From Candidatus Thorarchaeota archaeon (GTDB taxonomy: Archaea > Asgardarchaeota > Thorarchaeia > Thorarchaeales > Thorarchaeaceae): a stretch of DNA of 64,000 nucleotides. Position 1 is the first letter of the stretch. Every line of letters begins with the position of its first letter. Shown here one piece after another: positions 46,594 through 56,867 of this stretch. Both the position numbers and the translations under genes were made by a program. Under the pieces are notes generated by a model. It was not told the origin of the DNA and did no database searches. It saw only the letters and a list, made by a program, of their open reading frames with translations. Where the stretch lies: positions 8,686 to 72,685 of the forward strand of contig JBHIAE010000010.1 of the NCBI GenBank assembly GCA_046758445.1, written 5' to 3'.

Positions 46594-47427
46594 ATGCCCA
46601 AAGACAAGGTTTTTGCAGAACGACCTGAAACTCCCGACCACAAGCAATACCACATTGAGGTAAAGACTGAAGACGTAGCCGAGTCGGTGCTTCTCCCGGG
46701 AGACCCTCAACGAGTAGCCAAAATCAGCGCTGGTTGGGACTCCTTCAAAGAGACCGCCTCACACAGGCAGTATGTTACGCACACCGGTCTGTACAAGGGA
46801 ACTCCAATCTCTGCATGTTCTACTGGGATTGGAGGGCCTGGTACTGCTATAGCTGTCGAAGAACTGGCGAGCGTAGGAGTGAGGAATTTCATCCGAGTGG
46901 GGTCCTGCGCAACTCTAAAGGAAGACATCGTGATTGGTGATCTGATTATTACTACAGGTGCAGTTAGACTTGAGGGAACCAGTAAGCAGTATGTGCGGCC
47001 TGAATACCCTGCAAGTGCGTCCTACGAGATTGTAATGGCCCTGGTTGAAGCTGCTGACTCATTGGGTTTGAAATATCACCTAGGAATATCCGCCTCTACA
47101 GACTCGTTCTATCTTGGCCAATCAAGGCCAGGCTTCAATGACTACACGCAGAGCTTTAGCGAAACTCTGATTGAAGATCTGCAGAAAGCTAACGTTGCGA
47201 ACTTTGAGATGGAGGCAGCCACCATCTTCACCCTTGCAAACATCTATGGGTTCAGGGCAGGTGCTGTTTGTGCAGTCTATGCCAACAGAGTTCATGATGA
47301 GTTTGCTGTCAAGGGAGAAGATGACGTTATTGCCTGTGGGAACGAATCCGTAAAGATTCTGGCAGAGATGGATGAGGAGAAGGCAATCGCGGGCAAGGAT
47401 TTCTGGACACGAGGCTTGAGGAAGTAG
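46594..47427 (+). CDS. udp: Uridine/nucleoside phosphorylase
   Basis: LPGDPQR, STGIGGP, IRVGSC, DSFYLGQ, FEME. Confidence 0.9.
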   Translation: MPKDKVFAERPETPDHKQYHIEVKTEDVAESVLLPGDPQRVAKISAGWDSFKETASHRQYVTHTGLYKGTPISACSTGIGGPGTAIAVEELASVGVRNFIRVGSCATLKEDIVIGDLIITTGAVRLEGTSKQYVRPEYPASASYEIVMALVEAADSLGLKYHLGISASTDSFYLGQSRPGFNDYTQSFSETLIEDLQKANVANFEMEAATIFTLANIYGFRAGAVCAVYANRVHDEFAVKGEDDVIACGNESVKILAEMDEEKAIAGKDFWTRGLRK

Positions 47428-47509
47428 AACTTTGCGTAGATGGCACTGGTTCCTGAGAAGCAATGTGTCTAACACGAAACGCAGAGATTCTCATCCCAGA
47501 ATGACACGA

Positions 47510-49321
47510 CTATTCCACGTAATAGTACTCTCCAGATGCCTTCTGCTGAGTATCCAATCTCGAGCCGTCCTTGTTCACCCTTGGTCTGCCTGTCTGAGAG
47601 TCTCTCCTGAATGTGACGCCCATCTGTTTAAGAAACGCGTTCATCCCGCTGCGCAGAGTCGTTACAGAAGATGCGATCCCCTTCTTGCCAGGAACTCCTC
47701 CAAAAACCACCATGCTGTCACTCAGGTAGTCAGCCATCAAGATCGAGTGCTCAACCACAAAGGCAGTTCTCATCGAAGTTTGGATTGATCTTCTTATGGC
47801 TCTGGAGCTTGCCAGGCGCTGCTCAATGTCAAGGAAAGCAGATGGCTCGTCAAACAGATAGATGTCGGCATCTTGGGCAAGACATCGGGCAATCGCAGCT
47901 CTCTGGAGCTCGCCCCCGGACAACTCTGAAACAAGATGATCCATGAGATATTCGAGCTCCAGTTTTCGGATCACTGAGGACTTGAAGTCAGCACTATCGA
48001 CAGTACTTCCACCTGCTTCCCGGAGATACATCCGAACATTCCCATCGTAGTCAGCGTCAATATACTGAGGTTTGTAGGCAACCTTGAGATCGAATCCAGA
48101 AACAGTCTTCTTGGGGGCCTCACCCTCATCAGGCTCCAAAGCACCTGCAAGCATCCTTACAAAGGTCGTCTTCCCAATACCGTTAGGACCAAGGACACCC
48201 ACGATTTGCCCGCGAGTCACACGTCCTCCGTTCACATCTAGCGTGAAGTCTTCAAACTCCTTCTTCATATTGCCGTATTCAACCAGAGTTTCAGCTCCGA
48301 TGAATTCCTCGTCCTCTCCTGTCATTCCTTTGAATGAAATCGCGGTATCGCGGAAACGCATGTTCTCGTCAGGGATGTATCCATCAAGGAAGATGTTTAC
48401 TCCTACCCTAGTACCGTGGGGATGTGATACGATACCGTAGGTGCCGGGGCCCCCATACAGGATGCAGACAAGATCCGAAACATAGTCCAGGATCGAAAGG
48501 TCATGTTCCACTACAACAACCGTCTTTCCAAGAGCAGAGAGCTGACGAACAGATCGAGCCACGCGTAGTCTCTCTCGCACGTCGAGATAGGCCGTTGGTT
48601 CGTCAAAGAAATAGAAGTCACCCTCACGCACTATTGCTGCGGTCATCGCGACTCTCTGAAGCTCGCCTCCACTCAGATACTGAATCGGTCGGTCCCAGAT
48701 CTCACTAAGACCCATGTCCTCCTTGAGCCCCTTCAACCTACCTGTAGTATCAGCCGCCTCTAGAAGATCGCTGATGGACTTTTCAGCGACTGTCTTGACT
48801 TCTGGTAGGTCGGTGATATTTTGAGGCTTGTGAACGGGCGTGATCTTGCCTTCCTGAATCTTCTCGAAGAAGGGCTGTAGCTCAGAACCGCGATACTGTC
48901 GGATAATCTCATCCCAGCCGGGCGGATTCTCCAGATTCCCCAGGTTAGGCTGAAGCTCTCCGGCAAGAATTCTCAAAGCAGTGGTCTTTCCCACGCCGTT
49001 CGGGCCTATGACTCCCAATACCTTGCCCTCCTTGGGTATTGGAAGCCGGAACAGTTTGAATCCGTTGACGCTGTACCGATGACTTGTGTCAGTTTCAAGC
49101 TCCTCAGGAAGGTTCACTATGCTGATCACATGGTAGGGACATTTCTTGACACAGATAGCTTCACCGGAGCACAGAGCCTCCACTATCGTTGGAGGCTTGT
49201 TTGGGCCATCGAGGAACACTACTGTCTCGTCCCCGGTTCTGACACGTGGACAGAATCTCTGACACTCATGTGTGCAGTCTTTTGGTCTGCATCGAGATCT
49301 GTCGATTACTGCAATGCGCAT
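47510..49321 (-). CDS. rli: Ribosome recycling ATPase ABCE1/RLI
   Basis: N-terminal Fe-S Cys clusters, two GPNG(V/I)GKTT and two LSGGELQR cassettes, FRRD..GRPRVNK. Confidence 0.96.
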   Translation of the reverse strand: MRIAVIDRSRCRPKDCTHECQRFCPRVRTGDETVVFLDGPNKPPTIVEALCSGEAICVKKCPYHVISIVNLPEELETDTSHRYSVNGFKLFRLPIPKEGKVLGVIGPNGVGKTTALRILAGELQPNLGNLENPPGWDEIIRQYRGSELQPFFEKIQEGKITPVHKPQNITDLPEVKTVAEKSISDLLEAADTTGRLKGLKEDMGLSEIWDRPIQYLSGGELQRVAMTAAIVREGDFYFFDEPTAYLDVRERLRVARSVRQLSALGKTVVVVEHDLSILDYVSDLVCILYGGPGTYGIVSHPHGTRVGVNIFLDGYIPDENMRFRDTAISFKGMTGEDEEFIGAETLVEYGNMKKEFEDFTLDVNGGRVTRGQIVGVLGPNGIGKTTFVRMLAGALEPDEGEAPKKTVSGFDLKVAYKPQYIDADYDGNVRMYLREAGGSTVDSADFKSSVIRKLELEYLMDHLVSELSGGELQRAAIARCLAQDADIYLFDEPSAFLDIEQRLASSRAIRRSIQTSMRTAFVVEHSILMADYLSDSMVVFGGVPGKKGIASSVTTLRSGMNAFLKQMGVTFRRDSQTGRPRVNKDGSRLDTQQKASGEYYYVE

Positions 49322-49641
49322 GTGATCACCCTAGTCCTTGAGGGGGATGAGGTCCAGTCTTCTAGACAGTATTTAGCGCTTTCTGACCCGTTTCCTAGAG
49401 ATCGAGTGAACTTCGACTGAAGGAAACTTCCATGTTCCACCCTTCCCTTGCCCGGTGTCGCCACCTCATAAACTCGAACGAGTCTGCAATCAGTAGGGGC
49501 TTTGTCTGTCATCATTGGAATGAGATTCCTCCTCCAGACCCTGATGACGTACGTGAGTTCTTGGATCAAAAAATGAGGCAGCTGCTAGACTAGTACTCGA
49601 TGACTCTAGACAGGAAGCTAAGGGCTGTAATCCGAAACGAG

Positions 49642-50075
49642 ATGGAGGTCACGCTTGACATGCGGAATCTCTGAGGATGATGCCCCACTATCGCTGTTTG
49701 GGGTCGGTGTTAAGACTGACGGCGTCGGCGGGAAACGCCTCCTATGTAGAACTTGAGAATGCGGATGGAAAGAGATATTCAATCCCTGTCACACAACACC
49801 TGTATGACCTGAAAGAGGTTGGACCCATTAGTCCCGAAGTGATCGAGGAAGATGTAAGGAGCGAACTGGACGATTATACCCTAGGTGAAGAAGACATCCA
49901 TACAGTACTCGATGATTGCTCTTCGTCACCGAGGTATCATCAATATCAAGTCCTCGGAGGCGGAAGACTAATTCGAGTTTCGAAGAAACAAGGGAAATTG
50001 GAAGAGATTCTGGAAATCCGGAAACGGTGGGGGTACCCACAAACCTTTAGAGCCCAAGCCGAATGTTTTGGGTGA
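49642..50075 (+). pseudogene. Probable decayed hypothetical gene (frameshifts)
   Basis: Protein-like segments sit in different frames (..GVGGKRL / YVELENADGKRYSIPV..); no clean start. Confidence 0.3.
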
Positions 50076-50077
50076 AT

Positions 50078-50320
50078 ATGAAGTTACTAGACCGCCTCCT
50101 GGGCATCTTCAGCAGACAGCGCCGGACAATCTTGGGAGCTGTCGAACAACCTGATGACCTCGCAAATGCAGTGCGCCGCATTAGAGCCCAAGTGTATCTG
50201 AGAATAACGGGCAAGAGCTATTATGAGCCATCCGCTCAAGCCAGCAAGTCAAAGAGTTCTCCAAGTGACATGTCTGAGAGGGTTTCCAGGGTACGCAGAA
50301 TCACGCGTAGAGATGCATGA
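50078..50320 (+). CDS. Hypothetical protein
   Basis: ATG after GGTGA; MKLLDRLLGIF amphipathic start; no recognisable motif. Confidence 0.35.
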   Translation: MKLLDRLLGIFSRQRRTILGAVEQPDDLANAVRRIRAQVYLRITGKSYYEPSAQASKSKSSPSDMSERVSRVRRITRRDA

Positions 50321-50358
50321 TAGCATTGATATGACATTCTTGGGCCATTCTTACAGGG

Positions 50359-50422
50359 ATGATGATGAAGTAGGGATGGCGAGCGCCTCATCAGCGTGAT
50401 GAACCTATAAACCGCAATCTGA
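50359..50422 (+). ncRNA. Candidate box C/D guide sRNA
   Basis: ATGATGA (50362) - 10 nt - GCGA - spacer - GTGATGA (50396) - 16 nt - CTGA (50419), in an intergenic gap. Confidence 0.3.
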
Positions 50423-50530
50423 CCACATTTGTGCATGTCAACATTACCGGATTCACCAACCATCCAATGACCATAGAACCGAGTATAGGTGCGATACTGA
50501 ACAGCCCCCTTTGACGGAGACTCGCTTACA

Positions 50531-50941
50531 TTGATGTCAATTGACTGTGCCCGATTCTGCACCGAAGTCAGAGTCTGTTGTACAGAAACCGAGATGACCC
50601 TAACGAGGGCGGATGTGGAGAGAATCAGCCTGCTCGGTCATTCAGCCAAGGATTACTTGGTACGGGTCACAGCAGGTTTCTGTGAACTGAAGAATGTTGA
50701 CGGCTACTGCTACTTCTACGATCGGGACAGCAAGACGTGTCAAATCTATTATGCACGACCAGAAGGTTGTCGGTGGTATCCCATCATCTATGATGCTCGC
50801 AGCCGCAAATGTACTGCTGACAGGGACTGTCCTGCGGCTGATACGGTGACTCGAAATGAGATCAGGAAGGTGAGTAAGAGGGTGAGAACTCTTGTAGAAA
50901 CTCTGAGACGGGAGGCCGCTAGTGGTGAGAGCCCGTGCTGA
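50531..50941 (+). CDS. YkgJ/CxxCxxCC family Cys-cluster protein
   Basis: C..C..CC, CYFYD..CQIY..RPEGCRWYP. Confidence 0.85.
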   Translation: MMSIDCARFCTEVRVCCTETEMTLTRADVERISLLGHSAKDYLVRVTAGFCELKNVDGYCYFYDRDSKTCQIYYARPEGCRWYPIIYDARSRKCTADRDCPAADTVTRNEIRKVSKRVRTLVETLRREAASGESPC

Positions 50942-51782
50942 CCTGCACACTCATTCCATACTCTCAGACGGAAGTGATACACCGACCACGCTTCTGAGGA
51001 TGGCCGACGAGCTGCAACTCGGAGGCATTGCCCTCACCGACCATGATACTGTGAAGGGTCTGAGAGAGTTCATGGATGCAGATGCTTCCCCAGATCTGCA
51101 GAGAGTCCCGGGTGTAGAAATGAGTGCAGACTACAATGGAAAGGAAGTCCACATCTTGGGGTACTTCGTTCCTCTCGACTCAGATGAGCTAAATGATAGA
51201 CTTGAGAACCTCAGGACCCGCAGAGAAACCAAGTTCTCAAGGATGGTACAAAGACTTAGAGACCTCGGCATCGACGTTAAGCAGAACGAATTAGATGAGG
51301 TTCTCCAGGGAGTTGAAAGTCAGGCACGTCCTCATCTTGCAAGAGTCCTCGTCCAGAAGGGGATTGTCAGCAGTACAACTGAAGCTTTCGAGGTCTTTCT
51401 AGGAGAAGGCAAGCCGGCCTACGTGAAGAAAGAAAGGCCATCAGCAAGCGAGGTGATTGCTTTTCTTAGATCAATTGGGGCAGTTCCAGTTGTGGCTCAT
51501 CCTCTGACGATTGGGGTAGCCAATCTTCGAGCCTTTCTCAAGTTGCTCAAACAGTGGGGTATTGAAGGTGTCGAGGCGGAGTATGACTATGGCCCAGTCG
51601 GCATCGTTGGAGGTCCCAAAGACGTCCAGGCTGCGGCATACGGGCTTGGTTTGATCGAAACGGGAGGAAGCGACTATCACGGCACTAGCGTGGTGATGGC
51701 CGACCTCGGAACCCACACCGTGTCAGTGGAAGTAATCGAGAAACTGAGGAAAGCGGCAAAGGTCATCCTTTCGGAAGGCTAA
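50922..51782 (+). CDS. PHP domain phosphoesterase (TrpH/YciV-like)
   Basis: DLHTHS..SDG, TDHDT, HILGY, AHP, GGSDYHG. Confidence 0.9.
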   Translation: MVRARADLHTHSILSDGSDTPTTLLRMADELQLGGIALTDHDTVKGLREFMDADASPDLQRVPGVEMSADYNGKEVHILGYFVPLDSDELNDRLENLRTRRETKFSRMVQRLRDLGIDVKQNELDEVLQGVESQARPHLARVLVQKGIVSSTTEAFEVFLGEGKPAYVKKERPSASEVIAFLRSIGAVPVVAHPLTIGVANLRAFLKLLKQWGIEGVEAEYDYGPVGIVGGPKDVQAAAYGLGLIETGGSDYHGTSVVMADLGTHTVSVEVIEKLRKAAKVILSEG

Positions 51783-51800
51783 TCTTACACCGACCCTCAG

Positions 51801-52727
51801 TTGCGTCTGAGTGATGCGCTGTTGCGAATCATAGATTCCCATGTGCATACATGGACCAAAGAGATAATCAGCGACAAGGACCTTGAGGCACGGCGGATAG
51901 CGGCTGAGAGAGAGGGGATCAAGCCACAGCTCGATTCCCCCATTGAGAGCCTAAGGATGGCCATGCAAAAGGCGGGCATAGAGAAAGCCGTAGTGCTGCC
52001 TATAGACAGTGGTCTTAATCAAGAGATGCCTCTGACTCTCACAGAGAAGACTGACTGGCACGCCGACGAAGTGAGTGGTGATGCCAATATAGCAACTTTT
52101 GTAGGATTGGACCCCCGGCGGGGTGACGTGGGTCTCGCGGAACTTGAGAGGGCTGTGAAGGAGAAGGGCTGTTGCGGATGGAAGATGTATCCTCCGAATG
52201 GGTTCTACCCCGATGAACTGGAGTTCTACCCCTACTACGAGTTGTGTACGAAATTGGGAGTCCCCGTAACGATACATTCGGGGTTCACATCAAGGTTCAA
52301 GCACATGAAATACGCCCAGCCAGTTTACATAGACAAGGTTGCGGCTGACTTTCCAGGCCTCAAGATTGTAATCGCACATGCTGGTGTGCCATGGGTCGAT
52401 GAAGCTCTAGCAGTGGCCGCAAAGAACCCAAACGTTTCAATCGATGTTTCAGGTTGGCAGGCATTTGCGTCGAGAGTGCCAATCAAAGTATACAGGATGA
52501 TTGGAGATGCGAAACTCATGAAGGTGTTTCCCAACCGCGTGCTATGGGGAAGCGACTTTCCGCTCTTTGAGCATTTCATGCCAATCGAGAAATGGACAGA
52601 ATTCTTTCTCAAGTTTAAAGTTCCAAAGTCCCTTCTTGATACTGGATACCCGCCGATCACAGAGGATGAGATTGATTCAATGATGTGGAAGAATGCTGCG
52701 CGCCTGTTCTTTGGTGAGAAAGCATGA
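51801..52727 (+). CDS. Amidohydrolase_2 family protein
   Basis: IDSHVH, GWKMYP, IHSG, IAHAG, LWGSDFP. Confidence 0.88.
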   Translation: MRLSDALLRIIDSHVHTWTKEIISDKDLEARRIAAEREGIKPQLDSPIESLRMAMQKAGIEKAVVLPIDSGLNQEMPLTLTEKTDWHADEVSGDANIATFVGLDPRRGDVGLAELERAVKEKGCCGWKMYPPNGFYPDELEFYPYYELCTKLGVPVTIHSGFTSRFKHMKYAQPVYIDKVAADFPGLKIVIAHAGVPWVDEALAVAAKNPNVSIDVSGWQAFASRVPIKVYRMIGDAKLMKVFPNRVLWGSDFPLFEHFMPIEKWTEFFLKFKVPKSLLDTGYPPITEDEIDSMMWKNAARLFFGEKA

Positions 52728-53206
52728 TCAAGTTCGTTGTCGATGCCATGTTGGGGAAGCTCTCACTTTGGCTCAGATTGGTCGGTTATGACACCCTATA
52801 CTCGACTGATATCCATGACGATGATCTCTTGACGATTGCCGAGAGAGAGGGTCGCTACTTGCTCACAGCGGACGCGAGCCTACACCAGAGAGCCAGGGAG
52901 AGAGCTATCGATTCAATGCTTCTTAGAGGAAGCGTGGATGAGAGAGTTACCAGAGTCTTCCAAGAGTTTGGAATCCCTCCGCAAATTGATCCTTCGAAGT
53001 CGAGATGTTCCAAATGCAATGGAGAACTGACAGAGATTGGTGCAAGTGAGAAAGAGAGAGTGAAGGACCTGGTCTTTGACGACACTTACAACCATTACGA
53101 GAAGTTCTGGCTCTGCAATGATTGCCAAAGCGTCTTCTTTCAGGGTGGTCAGTGGGAAAACATGCAGAAGTATATGTTGAGAATTGAGAAACTCATGAGT
53201 ACTTGA
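52724..53206 (+). CDS. Mut7-C RNase domain protein
   Basis: DAMLGKL..LR.VGYD, LLT.D, SRCSKCN..CNDC. Confidence 0.88.
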   Translation: MIKFVVDAMLGKLSLWLRLVGYDTLYSTDIHDDDLLTIAEREGRYLLTADASLHQRARERAIDSMLLRGSVDERVTRVFQEFGIPPQIDPSKSRCSKCNGELTEIGASEKERVKDLVFDDTYNHYEKFWLCNDCQSVFFQGGQWENMQKYMLRIEKLMST

Positions 53207-53226
53207 GAATCATGAGAACGGACGTG

Positions 53227-53682
53227 TCACGCTGCTTCTTCAACAGAGATGTCATATTCAATGGGGATGCAATCAGCAATGGAGCGACTCAGATGGCAAT
53301 ATTCCTTCATCAATTCTGAACAACGTTCTCCAACACTCTGCTCGCCCTGAGATACGACAATGCTTCCTGCAACCTTCACTCCAACTATTTTGTACCCGGA
53401 CCCATCAAACTCAGCAGTCGCATGACCCTCCAAATCAAGTGAGAGCAGCGTCATCTCGAAGCGACGCTGGAAGTCGAGGAAAGTGTTATTCAGACATCCA
53501 AGAAGTGCGGACACGAACAACTCATCAGGACAGATGCCCTCGCCCTTCCCCCCGAAAGTACTAGGCGTATCTATGACGACCTTCTGATTGTCTGTGACAT
53601 AGCTCGTACATCCTGTTTTTCCATCCCAGGAGCTTCTCGCGCGGTACTCAACTTCCTCCGGGTATATTGGCTTCGGCTTCAT
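53227..53682 (-). CDS. OsmC family protein
   Basis: FGG.G..CPDELF..L.GC, YCHLSRS. Confidence 0.85.
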   Translation of the reverse strand: MKPKPIYPEEVEYRARSSWDGKTGCTSYVTDNQKVVIDTPSTFGGKGEGICPDELFVSALLGCLNNTFLDFQRRFEMTLLSLDLEGHATAEFDGSGYKIVGVKVAGSIVVSQGEQSVGERCSELMKEYCHLSRSIADCIPIEYDISVEEAA

Positions 53683-53831
53683 CTTTCTTTCTCTCCGTCG
53701 TCGGGCCTTGTGGCCAGATGGTTAAGGATTCCGGTCACAAGCGATTCTCAGTTGAAGCGGATTGTACGGATCGTTGCTAGTCAGCAAGTCATTTAAACCG
53801 ACCAGCTATTGACACCGCGGAGTCTGGACCT

Positions 53832-54875
53832 ATGGCACGACGAATGAATGCTGCTATGTTTCACGGCATCGGTGATGTAAGATATGAAGAAACCGATGTC
53901 CCGACGATAGGACCCGGTGAGCTCCTGATCAGAGTGGGAACGGCTCTGACTTGTGGGACTGACGTGAAGACCTTCAAGAGGGGGCACCCCATCTTACTCA
54001 GACACACACCAGCGCTCTTCGGACACGAATACGCGGGAACCATCGAGAAAGTGGGAGAGGGCGTGGAGGGCTTTGAGATGGACATGCGAGTCGTAGCCAC
54101 AAACTCAGCACCCTGCGGTTCCTGCTTCTTCTGTAAACGGGGTAGTCCCAATCTCTGTGATGAGCTGAAATCATCATTTGTTAACGGCGCCTTCGCAGAG
54201 TATGTTCGCGTGCCTGAGCCAGTCGTTAGATGGAACACACATCGAATACCTGATTCGCTATCATTTCGTGATGCCGCTTTGACTGAACCCTTGGCCTGTG
54301 TCGTGCACGGTATCGAAGAAGCGAACATTCAGTTGGGGGACACAGTGGCCGTCATCGGAGCAGGCCCGATAGGTCAGATGATGATAATGCTTGCAAAGAA
54401 GCGGGGTGCTTCAGTGGTGATCGCATCTGACTTGGCCAAGCTACGACGGGCCACTGCAAAACAAGCTGGCGCTGACGTCGTGATAGACCCAGCGAAGGAA
54501 GATCCAATCCAACGGGTGAAGGAGGAAACTTCTGGATACGGAGCGGATGTGGTGATTGAAGCTGTTGGCCTTCCTGCGACGTGGGTACAGGCCGTGGACA
54601 TGACACGTGAGGCAGGAATGACAGTTCTTTTTGGTGGAGCAGCGTCTGGTACGAAGTTCGAGCTTGACACGGTCCGATTCCATTATGGTCAGCTCACCAT
54701 AAAGGGTGTCTTTCATCTTGCACCCAGACATGTTGAACAGGCTCTCAAGCTAATCATCGCCGGAAACGTGGATAGTGATTTGCTCGTTTCTCATGAGATG
54801 CCTCTGGAGAAGATTGTTGACGCTCTCAAGATGATGAGTGCCGGAGAGAGTATGAAGATAGCCATCAAACCCTGA
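53832..54875 (+). CDS. Zn-dependent medium-chain dehydrogenase
   Basis: CGTD, GHE, CGSCFFC..C, GAGPIG. Confidence 0.92.
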   Translation: MARRMNAAMFHGIGDVRYEETDVPTIGPGELLIRVGTALTCGTDVKTFKRGHPILLRHTPALFGHEYAGTIEKVGEGVEGFEMDMRVVATNSAPCGSCFFCKRGSPNLCDELKSSFVNGAFAEYVRVPEPVVRWNTHRIPDSLSFRDAALTEPLACVVHGIEEANIQLGDTVAVIGAGPIGQMMIMLAKKRGASVVIASDLAKLRRATAKQAGADVVIDPAKEDPIQRVKEETSGYGADVVIEAVGLPATWVQAVDMTREAGMTVLFGGAASGTKFELDTVRFHYGQLTIKGVFHLAPRHVEQALKLIIAGNVDSDLLVSHEMPLEKIVDALKMMSAGESMKIAIKP

Positions 54876-54912
54876 ACCCGCATCAATAACAGAACTACAA
54901 GGTGATTTCAAC

Positions 54913-55398
54913 TTGAGCCGCGAGAACAAAGAAACACTGCGGGACAAGGTCGCCATCTACAGGGCCAGGCACAAGCAGCGTGCCGGCACTAGAAGACTCA
55001 GGGACAACGAGAAGGCTCTGATTGAAATCATCCAGGGTCTGGACAATGACTACGAGGGCCTTCTTGTGGTTGTGGAGGGAAAGCGGGACGAGTCTGTGCT
55101 CAGAAGTCTTGGTTTGAGAGCCCCTATAGTCAAGACCCAGAGTGGAGTTCCTAGGCCGAGATTCATCGACAAGCTGGCCTCCCAAGCAGGTAAGAAAGGG
55201 CAAGTGCTCATCCTGACCGATTTTGATCAGAAAGGAAATGAGATTTCCAGTCACATTGGACGGGAATTGGATATCCGGGGTGTGAAAGTTCTTAGAAGGA
55301 TACGGCGAGAAATCAGGAAGGGGATGGGCAATTGGCGATGTATAGAGGAGCTTACAGCCTTGTTCAAGAGAAAGGACTCACCAGAACCGGCAGCCTAG
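54913..55398 (+). CDS. Small Toprim-domain protein
   Basis: VVEGKRD, ILTDFD..G. Confidence 0.8.
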   Translation: MSRENKETLRDKVAIYRARHKQRAGTRRLRDNEKALIEIIQGLDNDYEGLLVVVEGKRDESVLRSLGLRAPIVKTQSGVPRPRFIDKLASQAGKKGQVLILTDFDQKGNEISSHIGRELDIRGVKVLRRIRREIRKGMGNWRCIEELTALFKRKDSPEPAA

Positions 55399-55464
55399 CA
55401 ATGACGTCACGCAGCTAGCGAAAACACAATATGCCTCCTATACTCCTCAAGATATCGACAAGCA

Positions 55465-55962
55465 TTGCGAGTCTTTGCAGTTTCAGGGTATTCCGGCACA
55501 GGTAAGACGTCACTAATTGAAACGCTCATAGAGCGACTGGTAGCTAGAGGTGCCTCTGTATCGACGGTGAAGAGCAGCATGGAGGATGTCATGCCACCAG
55601 AGAACTCTGACACTTGGAAACACCTAAGGGCTGGAGCTGAAACGACTATCCTCCAAGGCCCAGGATCGACCACAATCAGATTCAAGGAAAGAGCAGACTT
55701 GGAGGCAATCCTCAAACAACTCGATTCGGACTTCATTCTAATTGAGGGTATGAAGGGGATAGCCATTCCACGCTTTTGGTGCCTGGGAGAGAAGTCCACT
55801 GCTGACGACGTTCCTGAGGGAACGGTGGCCGTCGTCATTTGGAATGCGTCCCGAGAGATTCCGGCCAAGGTAGATGTTCCGGTGATACCCTCCAATGATA
55901 TTGAGAACCTAGTCGATATCGTGGTGAAAGAGGCCGTGGATGTGTCGGACCTTAGTCTCTAG
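55465..55962 (+). CDS. mobB: Molybdopterin-guanine dinucleotide biosynthesis protein B-like
   Basis: GYSGTGKT, SDTWKH..AGA, ILIEGMK. Confidence 0.8.
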   Translation: MRVFAVSGYSGTGKTSLIETLIERLVARGASVSTVKSSMEDVMPPENSDTWKHLRAGAETTILQGPGSTTIRFKERADLEAILKQLDSDFILIEGMKGIAIPRFWCLGEKSTADDVPEGTVAVVIWNASREIPAKVDVPVIPSNDIENLVDIVVKEAVDVSDLSL

Positions 55963-56016
55963 TCCTACGTACGCTATCACAATACTCTTCTTGATGCTTG
56001 ACCTCGAGCGACTCTA

Positions 56017-56862
56017 ATGAGAGAGCTGGATTCGGGGCAGTTCGACCTTGTCGATACTCTGGAATGTGGTCAAACATTCTGTTGGACTAGAGAGGGCCAG
56101 GGATATGTCAATGCGGACATCGGACAGGTCGTTTACGTGGAGCAAAGAGGAAACACCATATACTACGAAACCTCAGACGACGACGTCAACTTGGAGAAGA
56201 TGTTCAGGCTTCGAGACCCGCTTCCAGAGATTCAGAAGCAGATAATGCGAGATGGAATCGTTAGAGAGAGCATACAATTCGCACCAGGTCTTCGTGTTAT
56301 ATCTGACGACTTCTTTCCGTGTCTAATCTCATTTCTGTGTTCAATCCGCAACAACATCCCGAATATCAGAAGACTTACTCAGTCAATCAGAAGGAAATTC
56401 GGACCTGTCTACACCTTTCGAGACTCGACCTATCATGGTTTTCCTTCTCCAGAGGAGCTATCCAGAGCAACAGAAGATCAGCTGCAAGCTTTGGGCCTGG
56501 ATTGGCGGGCGAGCTTTGTTCTTCGTTCAACAGAATCCATCGTTGACGGGGATTTAGATCCAGACAACTTGGTGAAGCTAGGCTACGAGGATGCCCACAC
56601 GGAGCTGAAGTCACTGCACGGAGTTGGTGATAAAGTGGCGGATTGTTTATGTCTGTTCTCACTGGGGTTCCTAGAGGCCTTCCCGATTGACGTATGGATT
56701 GAACGTGTCATTCAGGAACACTACGGAATACTCACCGCGACTGGAAAGTCATATTCCAAGAAGTCTGAGGCGGCAAGAGCGTATTTTGGCAAGTACGCTG
56801 GTTATGCTCAAGAGTACCTATATTACTTCACTCGTACAAAGGGAAAGAAACCGAAAAGGTGA
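56017..56862 (+). CDS. ogg: 8-oxoguanine DNA glycosylase (OGG1 type)
   Basis: TLECGQTF, NNIPNI, HhH GVGDKVADC, FPIDVW, YAGYAQ. Confidence 0.9.
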   Translation: MRELDSGQFDLVDTLECGQTFCWTREGQGYVNADIGQVVYVEQRGNTIYYETSDDDVNLEKMFRLRDPLPEIQKQIMRDGIVRESIQFAPGLRVISDDFFPCLISFLCSIRNNIPNIRRLTQSIRRKFGPVYTFRDSTYHGFPSPEELSRATEDQLQALGLDWRASFVLRSTESIVDGDLDPDNLVKLGYEDAHTELKSLHGVGDKVADCLCLFSLGFLEAFPIDVWIERVIQEHYGILTATGKSYSKKSEAARAYFGKYAGYAQEYLYYFTRTKGKKPKR

Positions 56863-56867
56863 TCAGT

